Origin: a virus
Lineage: Duplodnaviria; Heunggongvirae; Uroviricota; Caudoviricetes
Virus record (IMG/VR): IMGVR_UViG_3300037312_000757
Length of the DNA: 64,000 nt
Reading direction: 5' to 3' (one strand)
A program made the translations under genes and the position numbers. Below, in pieces: positions 17,805 through 28,873 of the stretch. The first letter of the stretch is position 1; each line of letters opens with the position of its first letter. A model generated the notes under the pieces. The model saw only the letters and a program-made list of their open reading frames with translations, had not been told where the DNA came from and did no database searches.

Positions 17805-19115
17805 TTAACCTTGGATGAAGTCGATCATTACACGTGCTTGACCAGCAGCTGGTGTGCCGCCGATTGTTGCGATGATTTGTGTTGCTGATGTGAAGTTTAC
17901 GTCAACTTGGAATGTGTACAGACCAGCTGTTGACTCGTCGATGCTCCAGCTATCGCAGAGTGCTGTTGGTCCTTGTGATGTACCAATGCTGATAGTGCCA
18001 CCTGCTGAGTAAGGTGTCAGAATTTCTACTGTAACGTAGCGAACACGGCCTGTAACTGCTGAGCCGACGTTGCCTGTTGCTGTTGAAATTGTGGCTGTTA
18101 GGTTCTGGAGAGAACCTACCTTGCTTGTTGTGATTGCTGTGTTTGTTGTTGCAATCTGTGTGTCAACATAGTTCTTTGTTGCAGCATCTTGCGCATTTGT
18201 TGGATCCTGAACATTGTGGATCGCTGCGCCTGAAACGTTAACCGCGCCCGTGCCCTTTGGAGCCAGAACCAGATCAGCGTTTGCTGCTGTGCTATCAACT
18301 GAAACCGTAGCTTGGCCAACACCGTTTGATGCTGTCAGGTTTGAGTCAGCGCCTGTAACACCAGCAATCTTCAATGTCAGTTGGCCGTTGCTGTCTTCCA
18401 GCTTAACGTTACCATCGGTCATGCCTGATGCTGTTGTGTGACCACCACGCAGAATAATGTCACCGGCATTTGTGGTTGTTGAATCACCACCAGCCAGTGT
18501 CAGTGACTGACCATCATCAGCTTGCAATGCTGAATCTGCTTGGCCATTACCAATGTAAACACGACCATTACCTTGTGGGTTAATGAAAACGTTTACATCT
18601 GATGACGTTGCGCTATAAGCATCGATGCTGACCGCACCAGCAACTTCATTGTGGATGTTCAAGCTTGAGTCACTTGCTGCACCACCTGTGAATGTTGCAA
18701 TACGCTTGCCTGTTGTGCCGTTTGATACGTCAATTGTAACTGCACCGGAAACTTCGTCAGTAGCGACTTGAGCCTTTGGAGCAGCATTGTTATCACGAAT
18801 GTGTGCTGTACCATTTGTCACAACCGCATTCAAAGCTGCCTGAACTGTCGTTGGGGCGCCTGGAATGTTTGCTGTTGTGTTGTCAAATGCGACTTGAGAG
18901 GCTGTCAGAGCGTTGATCAGACCGTCAACGTATTGTTTACTTGTGGCGTGGCTCGCTGCTGTAGGTGTAGCCGCAATCTCAACTGATACCAGGTTTGTGT
19001 TTGTTGCATCGCGGAAAGCGAAAGCGCCGCTATCCTGAGCGATTTGCAAACCACCCTTACCAAATTGAACCTGTGGACCAACACCAACAAGATTGAAGCT
19101 CTTGATACTTGCCAT
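17805..19115 (-). CDS. virion fibre protein (paralogue of 19249..21120)
   Basis: N-terminal IK.F.L.GVG..VQFGK.G shared with its neighbour; DAATKNYVD and LAPKGTG motifs. Confidence 0.7.
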   Translation of the reverse strand: MASIKSFNLVGVGPQVQFGKGGLQIAQDSGAFAFRDATNTNLVSVEIAATPTAASHATSKQYVDGLINALTASQVAFDNTTANIPGAPTTVQAALNAVVTNGTAHIRDNNAAPKAQVATDEVSGAVTIDVSNGTTGKRIATFTGGAASDSSLNIHNEVAGAVSIDAYSATSSDVNVFINPQGNGRVYIGNGQADSALQADDGQSLTLAGGDSTTTNAGDIILRGGHTTASGMTDGNVKLEDSNGQLTLKIAGVTGADSNLTASNGVGQATVSVDSTAANADLVLAPKGTGAVNVSGAAIHNVQDPTNAQDAATKNYVDTQIATTNTAITTSKVGSLQNLTATISTATGNVGSAVTGRVRYVTVEILTPYSAGGTISIGTSQGPTALCDSWSIDESTAGLYTFQVDVNFTSATQIIATIGGTPAAGQARVMIDFIQG

Positions 19116-19203
19116 GTTGTTTTCTCCTGTTACTGCTATAGATCTAGCAGGTACTGTATTTATGCGTATTTCTGTGATATTTAACTATCACAGAAATCAT
19201 ACG

Positions 19204-19232
19204 AAAAAGGCGGGGAAAGCCCCCGCCTTTTT
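19204..19232. terminator. intrinsic terminator
   Basis: AAAAAGGCGGGG-aaagc-CCCCGCCTTTTT. Confidence 0.85.
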
Positions 19233-19248
19233 ACTACCTTAGATCAGC

Positions 19249-21120
19249 TTAGATCCACTCGATTACAACGTAACCAGCACCAGCTGTTGATGTACCAGCT
19301 GCGATGTTGATAACCAGATCAGCTGCTGCAACTGGAGTTGCCAGTTCAACAACGTAAGCTGCTGCAACTGTTGCGTCTGTGTCTGATGATGCAACCAGAG
19401 CGTTAGCAACTGCTGTACCACCGATCACTGTACCAACTTGAATACCTGCTGATGCGTCGTCGAACGCTGTGTTAACGTAAACCTTAACGCGGTGAACGAA
19501 ACCTGTCACTGCTGAAGCAACTGTAACTGCTGTATCTGTGTAAGCAAATGCTGAGTAAGCTGCACGACCTGCGTTTGCTGTACCTGCTGAAACATGTGAT
19601 GAGATTTGGCTGTCAACGTATTGCTTGTTTGCAGCATCAGCGTTAGCTGATGGAGCAGCCAGACCTGTCAGCATTGTTGCGCCGATTGTCAGACCTGATG
19701 TTGCAAAACCTGTTGCTGTCAGAACGCCAGTTGATGAGTTAAATGTCAGTGCTGAGCTGTCTGTCAGTGCGCCAGCTGTACCAGCGAAAACAACTTGACC
19801 TGCTGTCAGGTTTGAAGCTGTAACTGAAGCTGCTGTCAGTGCGCCTGTTGATGTTGCGCCAGTAACTGTCAGTGTACCACCGATTGAACCGTTACCTGTT
19901 GCTGACAGTGTGTCTGTTGTCAGACCACCTGTAACACCTGTTGCACCCAGAGTTGTTGCGCCAGCTGTCAGACCTGCCAGTGTTGTTGCGCCTGTAACAG
20001 CAAATGTACCACCGATTGAACCGTTACCAGTTGTTGTGATTGATGTAGCATCAACACCTGCCAGAGTTGACAGACCTGAAACGCTCAATGTACCTGTGAT
20101 TGTTGTGTCACCTGCACCCAGTGTACCGACTGTTGTGTTGCCCAGTGTTGAAGCACCAGCTGCCAGTGTACCTGTTGTGCTGAATGAACCAGCAACGATT
20201 TCAGCAGTTGTTGTGACCTTACCTGTACCATTTGGTGCCAGAACTAGGTCAGCGTTTGTTGTCAGTGTTGAAATTGTGTCACCACTGATTTCGATGTCGC
20301 CGAATGTACCAGTTGTTGCTGTTACGTTAGCAGCGGAACCACCTGCAACCAAGTTACCGTTTGCATCAACAGAAACTGAACGTGTACCTGTACCAGCCAG
20401 GTTAGTAACCTGTGCTGAAGCTGCTGTCAAAGCGCCTGTTGAAACAGCGCCTGAAGCTGTAACTGTATCAACTGTCAGACCACCTGTAACACCTGTTGCG
20501 CCCAGTGTTGTTGCACCAGCTGTCAGACCTGCCAATGTTGTTGCACCTGTAACACCCAGTGTACCACCAACTGTTGTGTTACCTGTAACTGCCAGTGTTG
20601 AACCAGCTGTAACTGCGCCGTCGAGAGCTGATGTGCCAACAACGTGCAGTGATGTCAAGTTACCAACGCTTGTCAGTGATGAGTTAACAACGCCTGAACC
20701 CAGTGTTGTTGCGCTCAAAACATCTGTACCAGCAACCTTGTATGTCTTGCCTGTTGCCAGGTCCATGTTTTCGGATGATGTCCATGACTTTGTAGCGTTC
20801 AGCCATTCGAAAGTCTTTTGTGTTGTACCATCCAGTGTCAGACCACCGCCATCAGCTTGAGCATCTGTTGTTGAACCATTGCCCAACTCGATGTTCTTGT
20901 CGGCGATTGTAACTGTTGTTGAGTTAACAGTTGTTGTTGTACCGGAAACTGTCAAGTCACCAGCCAGGTTCAAGTTACCAGCAGCGATATCTGCCCAGTC
21001 TGTGCCGTTAGCAGCGTGGAACTGGAAAACGCCTGAAGCGTTGATCAGACGAGGACCGCTCTTACCAAACTGTACGTCTGAGCCTACACCAATCAGGCCG
21101 AAATTCTTGATATTTGCCAT
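19249..21120 (-). CDS. virion fibre protein with G/T/A-rich beta repeats
   Basis: GDLTVSGTTTTVNSTT..I.DK.I.L motif; internal duplication of TGATTLAGLTAGATTLGATGVTGGLT. Confidence 0.75.
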   Translation of the reverse strand: MANIKNFGLIGVGSDVQFGKSGPRLINASGVFQFHAANGTDWADIAAGNLNLAGDLTVSGTTTTVNSTTVTIADKNIELGNGSTTDAQADGGGLTLDGTTQKTFEWLNATKSWTSSENMDLATGKTYKVAGTDVLSATTLGSGVVNSSLTSVGNLTSLHVVGTSALDGAVTAGSTLAVTGNTTVGGTLGVTGATTLAGLTAGATTLGATGVTGGLTVDTVTASGAVSTGALTAASAQVTNLAGTGTRSVSVDANGNLVAGGSAANVTATTGTFGDIEISGDTISTLTTNADLVLAPNGTGKVTTTAEIVAGSFSTTGTLAAGASTLGNTTVGTLGAGDTTITGTLSVSGLSTLAGVDATSITTTGNGSIGGTFAVTGATTLAGLTAGATTLGATGVTGGLTTDTLSATGNGSIGGTLTVTGATSTGALTAASVTASNLTAGQVVFAGTAGALTDSSALTFNSSTGVLTATGFATSGLTIGATMLTGLAAPSANADAANKQYVDSQISSHVSAGTANAGRAAYSAFAYTDTAVTVASAVTGFVHRVKVYVNTAFDDASAGIQVGTVIGGTAVANALVASSDTDATVAAAYVVELATPVAAADLVINIAAGTSTAGAGYVVIEWI

Positions 21121-21225
21121 TGCAAAACTCCTAGAAGTTATTTTTCTCCGAATTGGAAAAGCGAGATGGCAATCTCGCTTCCAACTCTACCGTTATTTAT
21201 GTGATGACCTCGAGCAATAAAATGC

Positions 21226-23226
21226 TCACAAATATGAAACAATTACTGTTGCCGATCCTGTTGTTGCAGCACCAGACAGATAAACGTAAATGTCAACATC
21301 AGTGCCATCAGTTGTAGATGCAACAAATGATGAAGAGGTTTCGTATGTTCCCAATACAGTCAAATCGGCATTTTGTGAATCAAAAATTGCATTAGGTGAT
21401 CCTGATGTACCAACTGTGATTGTGGGAGTACCATCAAATACCGTATCAACTCGGATGGCAATATCGACAATTCGAGTACCAGAACTGATATTGCCAAGTA
21501 GGATTGGTCCAGTTGCAGTGTTTGATATTTGAACTTCTAGAGTTTTTGCATCGGTGCTTGCTGAGTCTGCATTTGCAATCTTTGTCCATCCGGTAGGGAC
21601 CTTGACATACAGCGCCCATTCGCCATCCAAATCAGATTGAACGTAGACTTGGTCACCAGAACGTAAATTAGCCAGAACGTCTCGATCTGCAATCGTATTA
21701 ACCATGTAGCTCGCATTTGCATACATTGCCTGATCCACAACTAATGCCAGTGGCAATGTGCCATTTGCTGAACTTGTTATACCAGCATTTGCAAAGAATG
21801 ATCCAACGGTATCAGAAATAATTATCTGTCCACCATCAGAACGTGTGAGTTTCAATTTGCTTGCCGTTGCTGGCTGATTGTTCAGAGCTACACCAACGGT
21901 ATCAGTGAATGTGGAAATTCCCCCAGCTGACGTCGTTGGAGTGACGTTGGCAAATACAATCGCCTCACCAGCCGCGTGTTCAAAACTCATGAATCCGGTG
22001 TTGGGATCCACCGTTGCAAATACGCCGTGTTCTGCTGTGTGTTCATTAATACTTCGAACAAAATCCCACCAGCCAACTGTCCCAGAATTACCAAAGGTAA
22101 TGCTTGGAGGAGCAACCGCGATCGTTACATTGTTTAATGTAAACACCATGTTAGGGCTAACATTGGTTGATGGGAATGAAACCGTTCCCACAACCTTGTT
22201 TACTGGTGAACCCATACTTGCAGTTACACCATGATCGACAGTCAGATTATTGATGGCGGTGATAACATCTGATGTTGGAATCGCATCTGCGCCACCATGA
22301 ATATTAACTGCCACTTTATTGATGGTGAAACCAAAACCATCGTATGCCACCGGATTATCAACAGTGCCAATAGTGAATGAAGCAATTGGATCAGTCATCT
22401 GGATGTAGACTGGAACCTTGCTGTTGTTTGGTGTTGTCGTCATCTCACCTGTTGTTGAATCCAACCAAATAACACTACCGACAGTGCCAGGCAATCCAGG
22501 TTCAAGATCAGTAATGAATTTTGTAGTTGGCGCCATATAGAAATAATTAGGGCCAGGTCCTACTGAAACGACCGTACCAACACGAAAAATATCAGTGCTG
22601 GTTGAGTTTTCAAACATTTTTGTCGCAGGATTGAGCTTCAGAACACTACCTTCGACAAAGCCGTGATTGACTTGATAGAATCGATATTCGTTATTTGGAT
22701 TGAAAACCTTAAAACGAGATTCGATCTGAACTACCAAACTAGGATCAACCGCAATCGGCAATGGATCCAATTTAGGCAATCCGTCATCACCTAGCGTGTA
22801 GAATATGATACTGCTAGGATAGCCAAAAATACCATTACCACCGCTTGTTGGATCTCTGAATGTGTTGTATCGATTTACGTCTTCTACAACGCATTGAATA
22901 GAACCGGTTGTTTGGCTGATAATTGAGTCAATACGAACCGATGTAGAATCTGATGAGGAACAAATCCACATACCCGGGGTCACGTCCAAACCGTTATACA
23001 AATATGGTTGTTGAGTCAGATGACTACTATGAGTCACCTGATTCACTGTTGCGGTTAGAATCCATTTGCAAGGGAGCCCACCAGCTCCCTGCCACCATGG
23101 ATCACTAGTGCCATCATCGTACAGCCAGCTTTCAAGTGGTTTAATACTTGTGGACTGCCCAGAAATTACTTTGCTGGGCAGATACTTACTAAGAGAACCA
23201 TACGAATTGGTATTCGTTACTGCCAT
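21226..23226 (-). CDS. virion structural protein
   Basis: Beta-rich; AINN...GV.AS flagellin-hook IN-like motifs; C-terminal domain similar to the neighbouring fibre genes. Confidence 0.65.
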   Translation of the reverse strand: MAVTNTNSYGSLSKYLPSKVISGQSTSIKPLESWLYDDGTSDPWWQGAGGLPCKWILTATVNQVTHSSHLTQQPYLYNGLDVTPGMWICSSSDSTSVRIDSIISQTTGSIQCVVEDVNRYNTFRDPTSGGNGIFGYPSSIIFYTLGDDGLPKLDPLPIAVDPSLVVQIESRFKVFNPNNEYRFYQVNHGFVEGSVLKLNPATKMFENSTSTDIFRVGTVVSVGPGPNYFYMAPTTKFITDLEPGLPGTVGSVIWLDSTTGEMTTTPNNSKVPVYIQMTDPIASFTIGTVDNPVAYDGFGFTINKVAVNIHGGADAIPTSDVITAINNLTVDHGVTASMGSPVNKVVGTVSFPSTNVSPNMVFTLNNVTIAVAPPSITFGNSGTVGWWDFVRSINEHTAEHGVFATVDPNTGFMSFEHAAGEAIVFANVTPTTSAGGISTFTDTVGVALNNQPATASKLKLTRSDGGQIIISDTVGSFFANAGITSSANGTLPLALVVDQAMYANASYMVNTIADRDVLANLRSGDQVYVQSDLDGEWALYVKVPTGWTKIANADSASTDAKTLEVQISNTATGPILLGNISSGTRIVDIAIRVDTVFDGTPTITVGTSGSPNAIFDSQNADLTVLGTYETSSSFVASTTDGTDVDIYVYLSGAATTGSATVIVSYL

Positions 23227-26200
23227 TAGAATGTTACCTTAACGTAAACGGTACCATTACCAACAGATCCCGCCGTTGCGCTGGTCACTGTAATAATGAA
23301 TTGCGTTGTGCTTGGTGTAAAGCTACCTGAATCTGGAATCTGGAAGCTACCACCAGAAGATGTTTGGTCAGCATTTCGGATCTTGAACGGACCAGCTGTC
23401 GCTGATGTAGAACCAAACATTGTTGCTGATGTTGGCCATGAACCAACAGTGTGTGTCACGGTAATAACACCGGAACCACCGTCTACTGCGGTCCAACCAG
23501 ATGGCAAGTTAGTAATCGCGCTTGTTGCTGTACCACCTGTGTTCAGTGTAACCTTGAACATAAACCAACCTGGTGATGTTGAACCTGCTGGGCCGCTACC
23601 ACTTGCTGGTGTTGTCCAAGTAACGTTTGTACCGTTGTATGACAGCACTTGACCTGATGCGGTTGGTGCAGCTACTTGTGAAATCGTGTTAGAAGCACCG
23701 CCGATCAATACACCGTTCGCAGTAGTTGTTGATAAACCAGTACCACCGTGTGTAGCAGCCAATGTGCCTGTCATTGTGCTGATATCCATCTGTGTGGTAT
23801 CAACATCAACAGTAATGCTACCTGATGATGTAATTGGACCGCCACTTACTGTTACCTTGCTTGATCCTGCTGTCAAGTTCACGCTTGTAACTGTACCACT
23901 ACCGCCTGTTGCACTCAGAACACCGGTACCGTCGATTGACAAGTTTGCACCAACCTTAATACCACCCAGAACAGTCGCTGACGCTGTTGGGAGTGAATAT
24001 GCGGCTGGGGTACCAGTCAGATCAGAGTACGCACCTGTTGTCGCAACAGTTGCTAATGTTGGCTTGTTCAGAATCTGCGCAACACCTGATGTTGCGTTCC
24101 AGTCTGAATTTACCTGTGCTGCTGGAATTGTTGGCTTGTTTGACAAATCAGTGTATGAACCAGATGTTGCCACTGTTGCCAGACCTGATACATCTGCTGC
24201 CGCCAATGCTGCCCATTCAAGAGCAGTTGCACCAGCATTCACGCGCAGATATTGCTTTGCTGTGCCCAGAGCGGTCAGACCCGTACCACCACGTGTCACA
24301 CCCAGGGTACCAGTCATTTGTGAAATATCCAAGTTGGCTTGGTTCACATCAACCGTGTATGTACCGCTCGTTGTAATTGGACTACCACCGATTGAAACCT
24401 TGCTAGAACCAGCAGCCAATGTAACTTGTGTCACTGTGCCTGTTGCTGGCGCCGCAAATGCGTAACCTGTGCTATCGCTGTTGACAACCAACATCTGACC
24501 TGGTGTACCGAGGCTTGATGTGCCTGTACCACCATTTGTGACCTTAACGATACCACCCATATTACCCAGGTTCAAAGCACCTTCAGATACGTCAACAGTA
24601 ATGCTACCACTTGTCGTAATTGGTGAACCTGAAACTGTAATCTTGCTTGAACCTGCTGTCAAACCAACTGATGTAACAGTACCTGTGCCTGACGCTGGTG
24701 TTGTCCAGACCAGAGCGTCGCCTGTCCCGTTTACCGCAAGAATTTGACCAGCGGTACCAATTGATGTCAATCCAGTACCACCGTGAGTTGTACCCAGGGT
24801 ACCTGTCATGTTGCCAACATTCAGTGCGCTTTCGTTCACTGTAAGGTTAATAGTACCGCTGTTCGTAATTGGTGAACCGCTTACTGACAGCTTGGAATCA
24901 GTGCTTGCTACTGCCACTGATGTAACCGTACCACCACCTGTACCTGCTGATTGGTCAACAAATGTGAAGCCTGTACCTGCTGGGTTGACCGCGAGCAATT
25001 GACCCGCTGTACCGAGAGCTTGGATGCCAGTACCACCGTGAGGAATACTCAGGACACCAGTCATTGTGCTGATATCCATCTGTGTGGTATCAACATCGAC
25101 TGTTGCAACACCGTTAGTTGTTGAAACTGTAACCTTACTTGAACCAGCTGACACTGCGCTGAATGGCGTCTTCCACTGCAGAGCATTTGCTGTTGAGTTA
25201 ACAGTCAGAACTTGACCAGCCGTACCCAATGCAGTCAGACCTGTACCGCCCTTTGTTGTTGGTAGAGTACCACTCAACTGTGTGATATCCAGACCGGATT
25301 CGATCACATCAACGTTAATTGTGCCGCTTGATGTGATTGGTGAACCAGTCACCGCAACACGACCTGATGAACCTGTTACCGCTACTGATGTAACTGTACC
25401 ACCTGTTTGGTTAGCGTTCTGCCATACCAAACCAGTACCTGTACCGTTGACCGCGAGGATTTGACCTGCTGTACCCATTGCTGTCAAACCTGTACCACCG
25501 CTTGTTACTGGCAGTGTGCCACCGATGTTTGCCAGGTTCAGATTTGCTTCATTTACGTCAACAGTGATTGTGCCACTTGTAGTAATTGGTGAACCTGAAA
25601 CTGCCAGCTTGTTAGAGCCTGCTGCAACAGCAACGCTTGTAACTGTGCCAGTGCTTGTTGGCAACGCAGCCCATGCGAATTCTGTACCATCCCATGACAA
25701 CACTTGATTTGCTGTAGTCGGTGCAGCGGTTGATGCCAAAGCACCAGTACCGTTACCGATCACAACACCATTTGTTGCGAACGTATTTGTACCTGTACCA
25801 CCCTTCGGAACACTGAGTGTGCCGTTGAAGTTGTTCAGATCCAAATCTGCTTGGTTAACAGAAACCGTGATTGTACCAATTGATGTTACTGGACCACCTG
25901 TTGCGGTAATACCTGTACCACCTTGAACATTGACGCTTGTCACACCGCTGCTTGAACTTGCTGGCGTTGTCCAACTATAAGCATTACCATCCCACGTCAG
26001 AACTGTGCCAGCTGATGATGGAACTGAAATTGTTGCAAGTGCATCAGTACCAGTACCAACCAGAAGTGCATTTGCTGAGACTGCCGTAATACCTGTACCA
26101 CCCTTGGATACGCCAACTGTACCACCAATTGAACCGAGATTCAATTGTGATTGGTCAATCTGCATATTGAATGTTGGTTGACCACCAACGTCTGTTCCTG

Positions 26201-28337
26201 TGATAACGCTCAATGGGCTCTGGGCCGTAATTGTGACGTCTGATATTGAACGGACGAAACTGTATTGGGTGCCATCCCACGCAAGAGCTGTATTTGCTGT
26301 GGTTGGAGCAATTGCTGTGACAGCATTTGTACCATTACCGATCAGGATACCGTTCTGTGCGAGTGTTGTAGCTCCTGTACCACCCTGTGATACACCTACT
26401 GTACCAACGTCAAGCGTTACGTCTTGTGCATTTTGTGTGACTGTCAGTGCTGAAGAACCAGCCTTCAGTGGGCGGAAGTTCAGTGTGTTGCCTGAAACTG
26501 TGTTGTCATAAATCGCTGCGCCGCCGCTGTAGTTTGATGCACTTGCTACTGGAAGAATACCGTTTGCAGCCGCAGTGACACGACCAGTCTGATCAACTGT
26601 AATTGTTGGGAATGTGTATGTGCCGGAAGTTACGCCGCTATTTGCAACGCCGATGGTAACCGTTGAATTGCTTGATGTGACATTTCCGTTTGTCACCAAC
26701 ACTGAGCTATCGCCAGCGATTGTGAAGCTGTTGATAGAACCTGTTGGGAAAGCTGACCATACAAAACCTGTGCCGTTCCACACCAGAGTGGTGTTCGCTG
26801 TTGTTGGTGCGGCCACTGTTGTCAATGTACCTGTACCATTACCAACCAGAACACCGTTCTGAGTGAATGTTGTTGCGCCAGTACCACCCTTAGTAACACT
26901 CAATGTGCCACCAATGTTATTCAGGGATGTTTGTGTTGAATCATAACCTAGAACGAATGATGGCTGGTTCTGCGCATCAACGCTCTGGCTTACTGTGATA
27001 CCGTTCGTACCTGTGACACCAACGTGTGTCAGAGCGGTTGCCCATGCAAAGCCTGTACCGTTCCATGTCAATGCTGCGCCCGTTGTTGTTGGAGCAGGTG
27101 TTGTTGTAACTGCACCAGCACCGTTACCAACTAGCAGACCATTTGAAGTCAGGATTGTTGCGCCAGTACCACCCTTTGCGACTGGAACTGTGTTCAAGTC
27201 GAGCATCACGTAACCAGTGTTTTCTGTGACACTGATTGATGAGCCGGTCTGGATGCGACGGAAGTTAAATTGTGTGCTTGTTGATGACGTGTCATCAAAA
27301 ATACGAGCACCACCGCCGTTGTTTTCATTAACCGCGATAATTGACGCTTGAACCGCACCATTGGCTGCAGAAACGACACGACCATATTGATCGACTTGGA
27401 TGTTTGCGTTTGTATATGAGCCCGGTGTAACGCCGCTTGGCTGCGTCGCCAATGTGTATGCCACACTGTTTGCGCTTGTGGCACCGCCTGTTACATTGAC
27501 TACCGCATCACCATTGACGACAACAGATGTCAGGATATTTGATGGAACAGTTTCTGGTGTTGTCCACGCGAATGCTGCGCCGTCATAGCTAAGAACTTGT
27601 CCTGCTGTGGTTGGGGCAGCAATAGTCTGTACGGAGCCTGTGCCGTTACCGTACATGATGCCCTTAGAAGCAAGAGTTGTCGCGCCTGTACCACCCTTAG
27701 TCACGCTAAGAGTGCCACCCAGGTTATTCAGCATCAGAGAACCAACATTCAAGTCGACAGTAATTGTGCCACTTGAAGTAATTGGAGAACCAGTTACAGA
27801 GATCAGACCACTAGCACCAGGAGTCACAGCGACACTTGTCACTGTACCATTTGAACCAACTTGAATGGTGCTCCACACATAGCTAGTGCCGTTCCATGAC
27901 AAGTATTGACCTGTCGTTGTAGGCAGAGGAATAGTCGTAAGTGCGCTTGAGCCTTGGCCAACAACCAGAGCATTTGCAAGGAAATTTTGCGCCCCAGTAC
28001 CGCCCTTCGCTACACTAAGGATACCACCCAATTCATTGAGGTTCGATGATACGGCACCTGTTGAGGTGATTGTCAGTGTTTCGGCATCTGAGTTGATGGC
28101 GATACCAGAACCAGCGATCAGTGTTTTGAAGTCGAGGGTTAGTGCGCTAGAGCCACTTGTGCCAGCGTAAAGACCCAAACCGTCGCCTAGGTTGATACCA
28201 CCGATATTGCGAATGCTGTTATTGGATGAGCTGTCTGTGCTCGTGGTGGATGAAGCGATACTGGTAGTATCGGTTGCATCTGGGAACGTAATTTTGCCCG
28301 TACCTGCGGCAATGCTGCCGGAACTTGTTGTTGGCAT
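23226..28337 (-). CDS. long repetitive fibre protein (1703 aa)
   Basis: Many GTVTSV...GSPIT.SGTI and V..GGTG...L..NG repeats. Confidence 0.8.
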   Translation of the reverse strand: MPTTSSGSIAAGTGKITFPDATDTTSIASSTTSTDSSSNNSIRNIGGINLGDGLGLYAGTSGSSALTLDFKTLIAGSGIAINSDAETLTITSTGAVSSNLNELGGILSVAKGGTGAQNFLANALVVGQGSSALTTIPLPTTTGQYLSWNGTSYVWSTIQVGSNGTVTSVAVTPGASGLISVTGSPITSSGTITVDLNVGSLMLNNLGGTLSVTKGGTGATTLASKGIMYGNGTGSVQTIAAPTTAGQVLSYDGAAFAWTTPETVPSNILTSVVVNGDAVVNVTGGATSANSVAYTLATQPSGVTPGSYTNANIQVDQYGRVVSAANGAVQASIIAVNENNGGGARIFDDTSSTSTQFNFRRIQTGSSISVTENTGYVMLDLNTVPVAKGGTGATILTSNGLLVGNGAGAVTTTPAPTTTGAALTWNGTGFAWATALTHVGVTGTNGITVSQSVDAQNQPSFVLGYDSTQTSLNNIGGTLSVTKGGTGATTFTQNGVLVGNGTGTLTTVAAPTTANTTLVWNGTGFVWSAFPTGSINSFTIAGDSSVLVTNGNVTSSNSTVTIGVANSGVTSGTYTFPTITVDQTGRVTAAANGILPVASASNYSGGAAIYDNTVSGNTLNFRPLKAGSSALTVTQNAQDVTLDVGTVGVSQGGTGATTLAQNGILIGNGTNAVTAIAPTTANTALAWDGTQYSFVRSISDVTITAQSPLSVITGTDVGGQPTFNMQIDQSQLNLGSIGGTVGVSKGGTGITAVSANALLVGTGTDALATISVPSSAGTVLTWDGNAYSWTTPASSSSGVTSVNVQGGTGITATGGPVTSIGTITVSVNQADLDLNNFNGTLSVPKGGTGTNTFATNGVVIGNGTGALASTAAPTTANQVLSWDGTEFAWAALPTSTGTVTSVAVAAGSNKLAVSGSPITTSGTITVDVNEANLNLANIGGTLPVTSGGTGLTAMGTAGQILAVNGTGTGLVWQNANQTGGTVTSVAVTGSSGRVAVTGSPITSSGTINVDVIESGLDITQLSGTLPTTKGGTGLTALGTAGQVLTVNSTANALQWKTPFSAVSAGSSKVTVSTTNGVATVDVDTTQMDISTMTGVLSIPHGGTGIQALGTAGQLLAVNPAGTGFTFVDQSAGTGGGTVTSVAVASTDSKLSVSGSPITNSGTINLTVNESALNVGNMTGTLGTTHGGTGLTSIGTAGQILAVNGTGDALVWTTPASGTGTVTSVGLTAGSSKITVSGSPITTSGSITVDVSEGALNLGNMGGIVKVTNGGTGTSSLGTPGQMLVVNSDSTGYAFAAPATGTVTQVTLAAGSSKVSIGGSPITTSGTYTVDVNQANLDISQMTGTLGVTRGGTGLTALGTAKQYLRVNAGATALEWAALAAADVSGLATVATSGSYTDLSNKPTIPAAQVNSDWNATSGVAQILNKPTLATVATTGAYSDLTGTPAAYSLPTASATVLGGIKVGANLSIDGTGVLSATGGSGTVTSVNLTAGSSKVTVSGGPITSSGSITVDVDTTQMDISTMTGTLAATHGGTGLSTTTANGVLIGGASNTISQVAAPTASGQVLSYNGTNVTWTTPASGSGPAGSTSPGWFMFKVTLNTGGTATSAITNLPSGWTAVDGGSGVITVTHTVGSWPTSATMFGSTSATAGPFKIRNADQTSSGGSFQIPDSGSFTPSTTQFIITVTSATAGSVGNGTVYVKVTF

Positions 28338-28360
28338 AGATCTCTCCGGATTTTGAATGC

Positions 28361-28789
28361 TCAGTTATTTAGTAGGATGTGATCCACATAACCAAGTGCA
28401 AAAATGTCTTGCTGTTGTGTTGGCGTTGGTTGAATGTAAGAACGATCTACTCGAGCACGAAGCCATGTGTAGTTTCCAATGAGGTTCAGGCCAAATGTTG
28501 CTGAATCACCATAACCGCTAGTGCCTGTTGGGCGAAGCGGATCTTTCGGAAACTGAATATAAGGAGCGGTGTCGTTGCCGCTAATCGTTACTGGGAACCA
28601 ATCTCCATCTGTAGGAGTGTCAGCAATACTTGCTTCAATCCACAGACGGCCAGTGAAATTTACAATATAGATAGCCAATGTGTGAAGACCATCAGAAAAG
28701 CCATACCAGCCATCTGCTCTGATAGCATCACCTGCGATATTCAATTCGCCTTGTGTGTTTGTTAACATCAATACGCTAGTCTTGCTCAT
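28361..28789 (-). CDS. probable virion structural protein
   Basis: First gene of a late operon (TAAATA at 28813-28818); G.YG..DGLHT...FTG...EAS....P...DWF motif. Confidence 0.6.
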   Translation of the reverse strand: MSKTSVLMLTNTQGELNIAGDAIRADGWYGFSDGLHTLAIYIVNFTGRLWIEASIADTPTDGDWFPVTISGNDTAPYIQFPKDPLRPTGTSGYGDSATFGLNLIGNYTWLRARVDRSYIQPTPTQQQDIFALGYVDHILLNN

Positions 28790-28873
28790 AGGTCCTCACC
28801 AATGCTTTTGAATATTTATTAGATATTTGGTGTGACACGGCTTTACCATACAGGTAAAGTATCAGGCAAAACA

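Noticed and set aside
19910-20860. 316-aa plus-strand V/P/A-rich ORF and similar antisense ORFs over fibre genes (e.g. 23686, 40176)
   Set aside because: Mirror frames of Thr/Gly/Ala-rich repetitive genes
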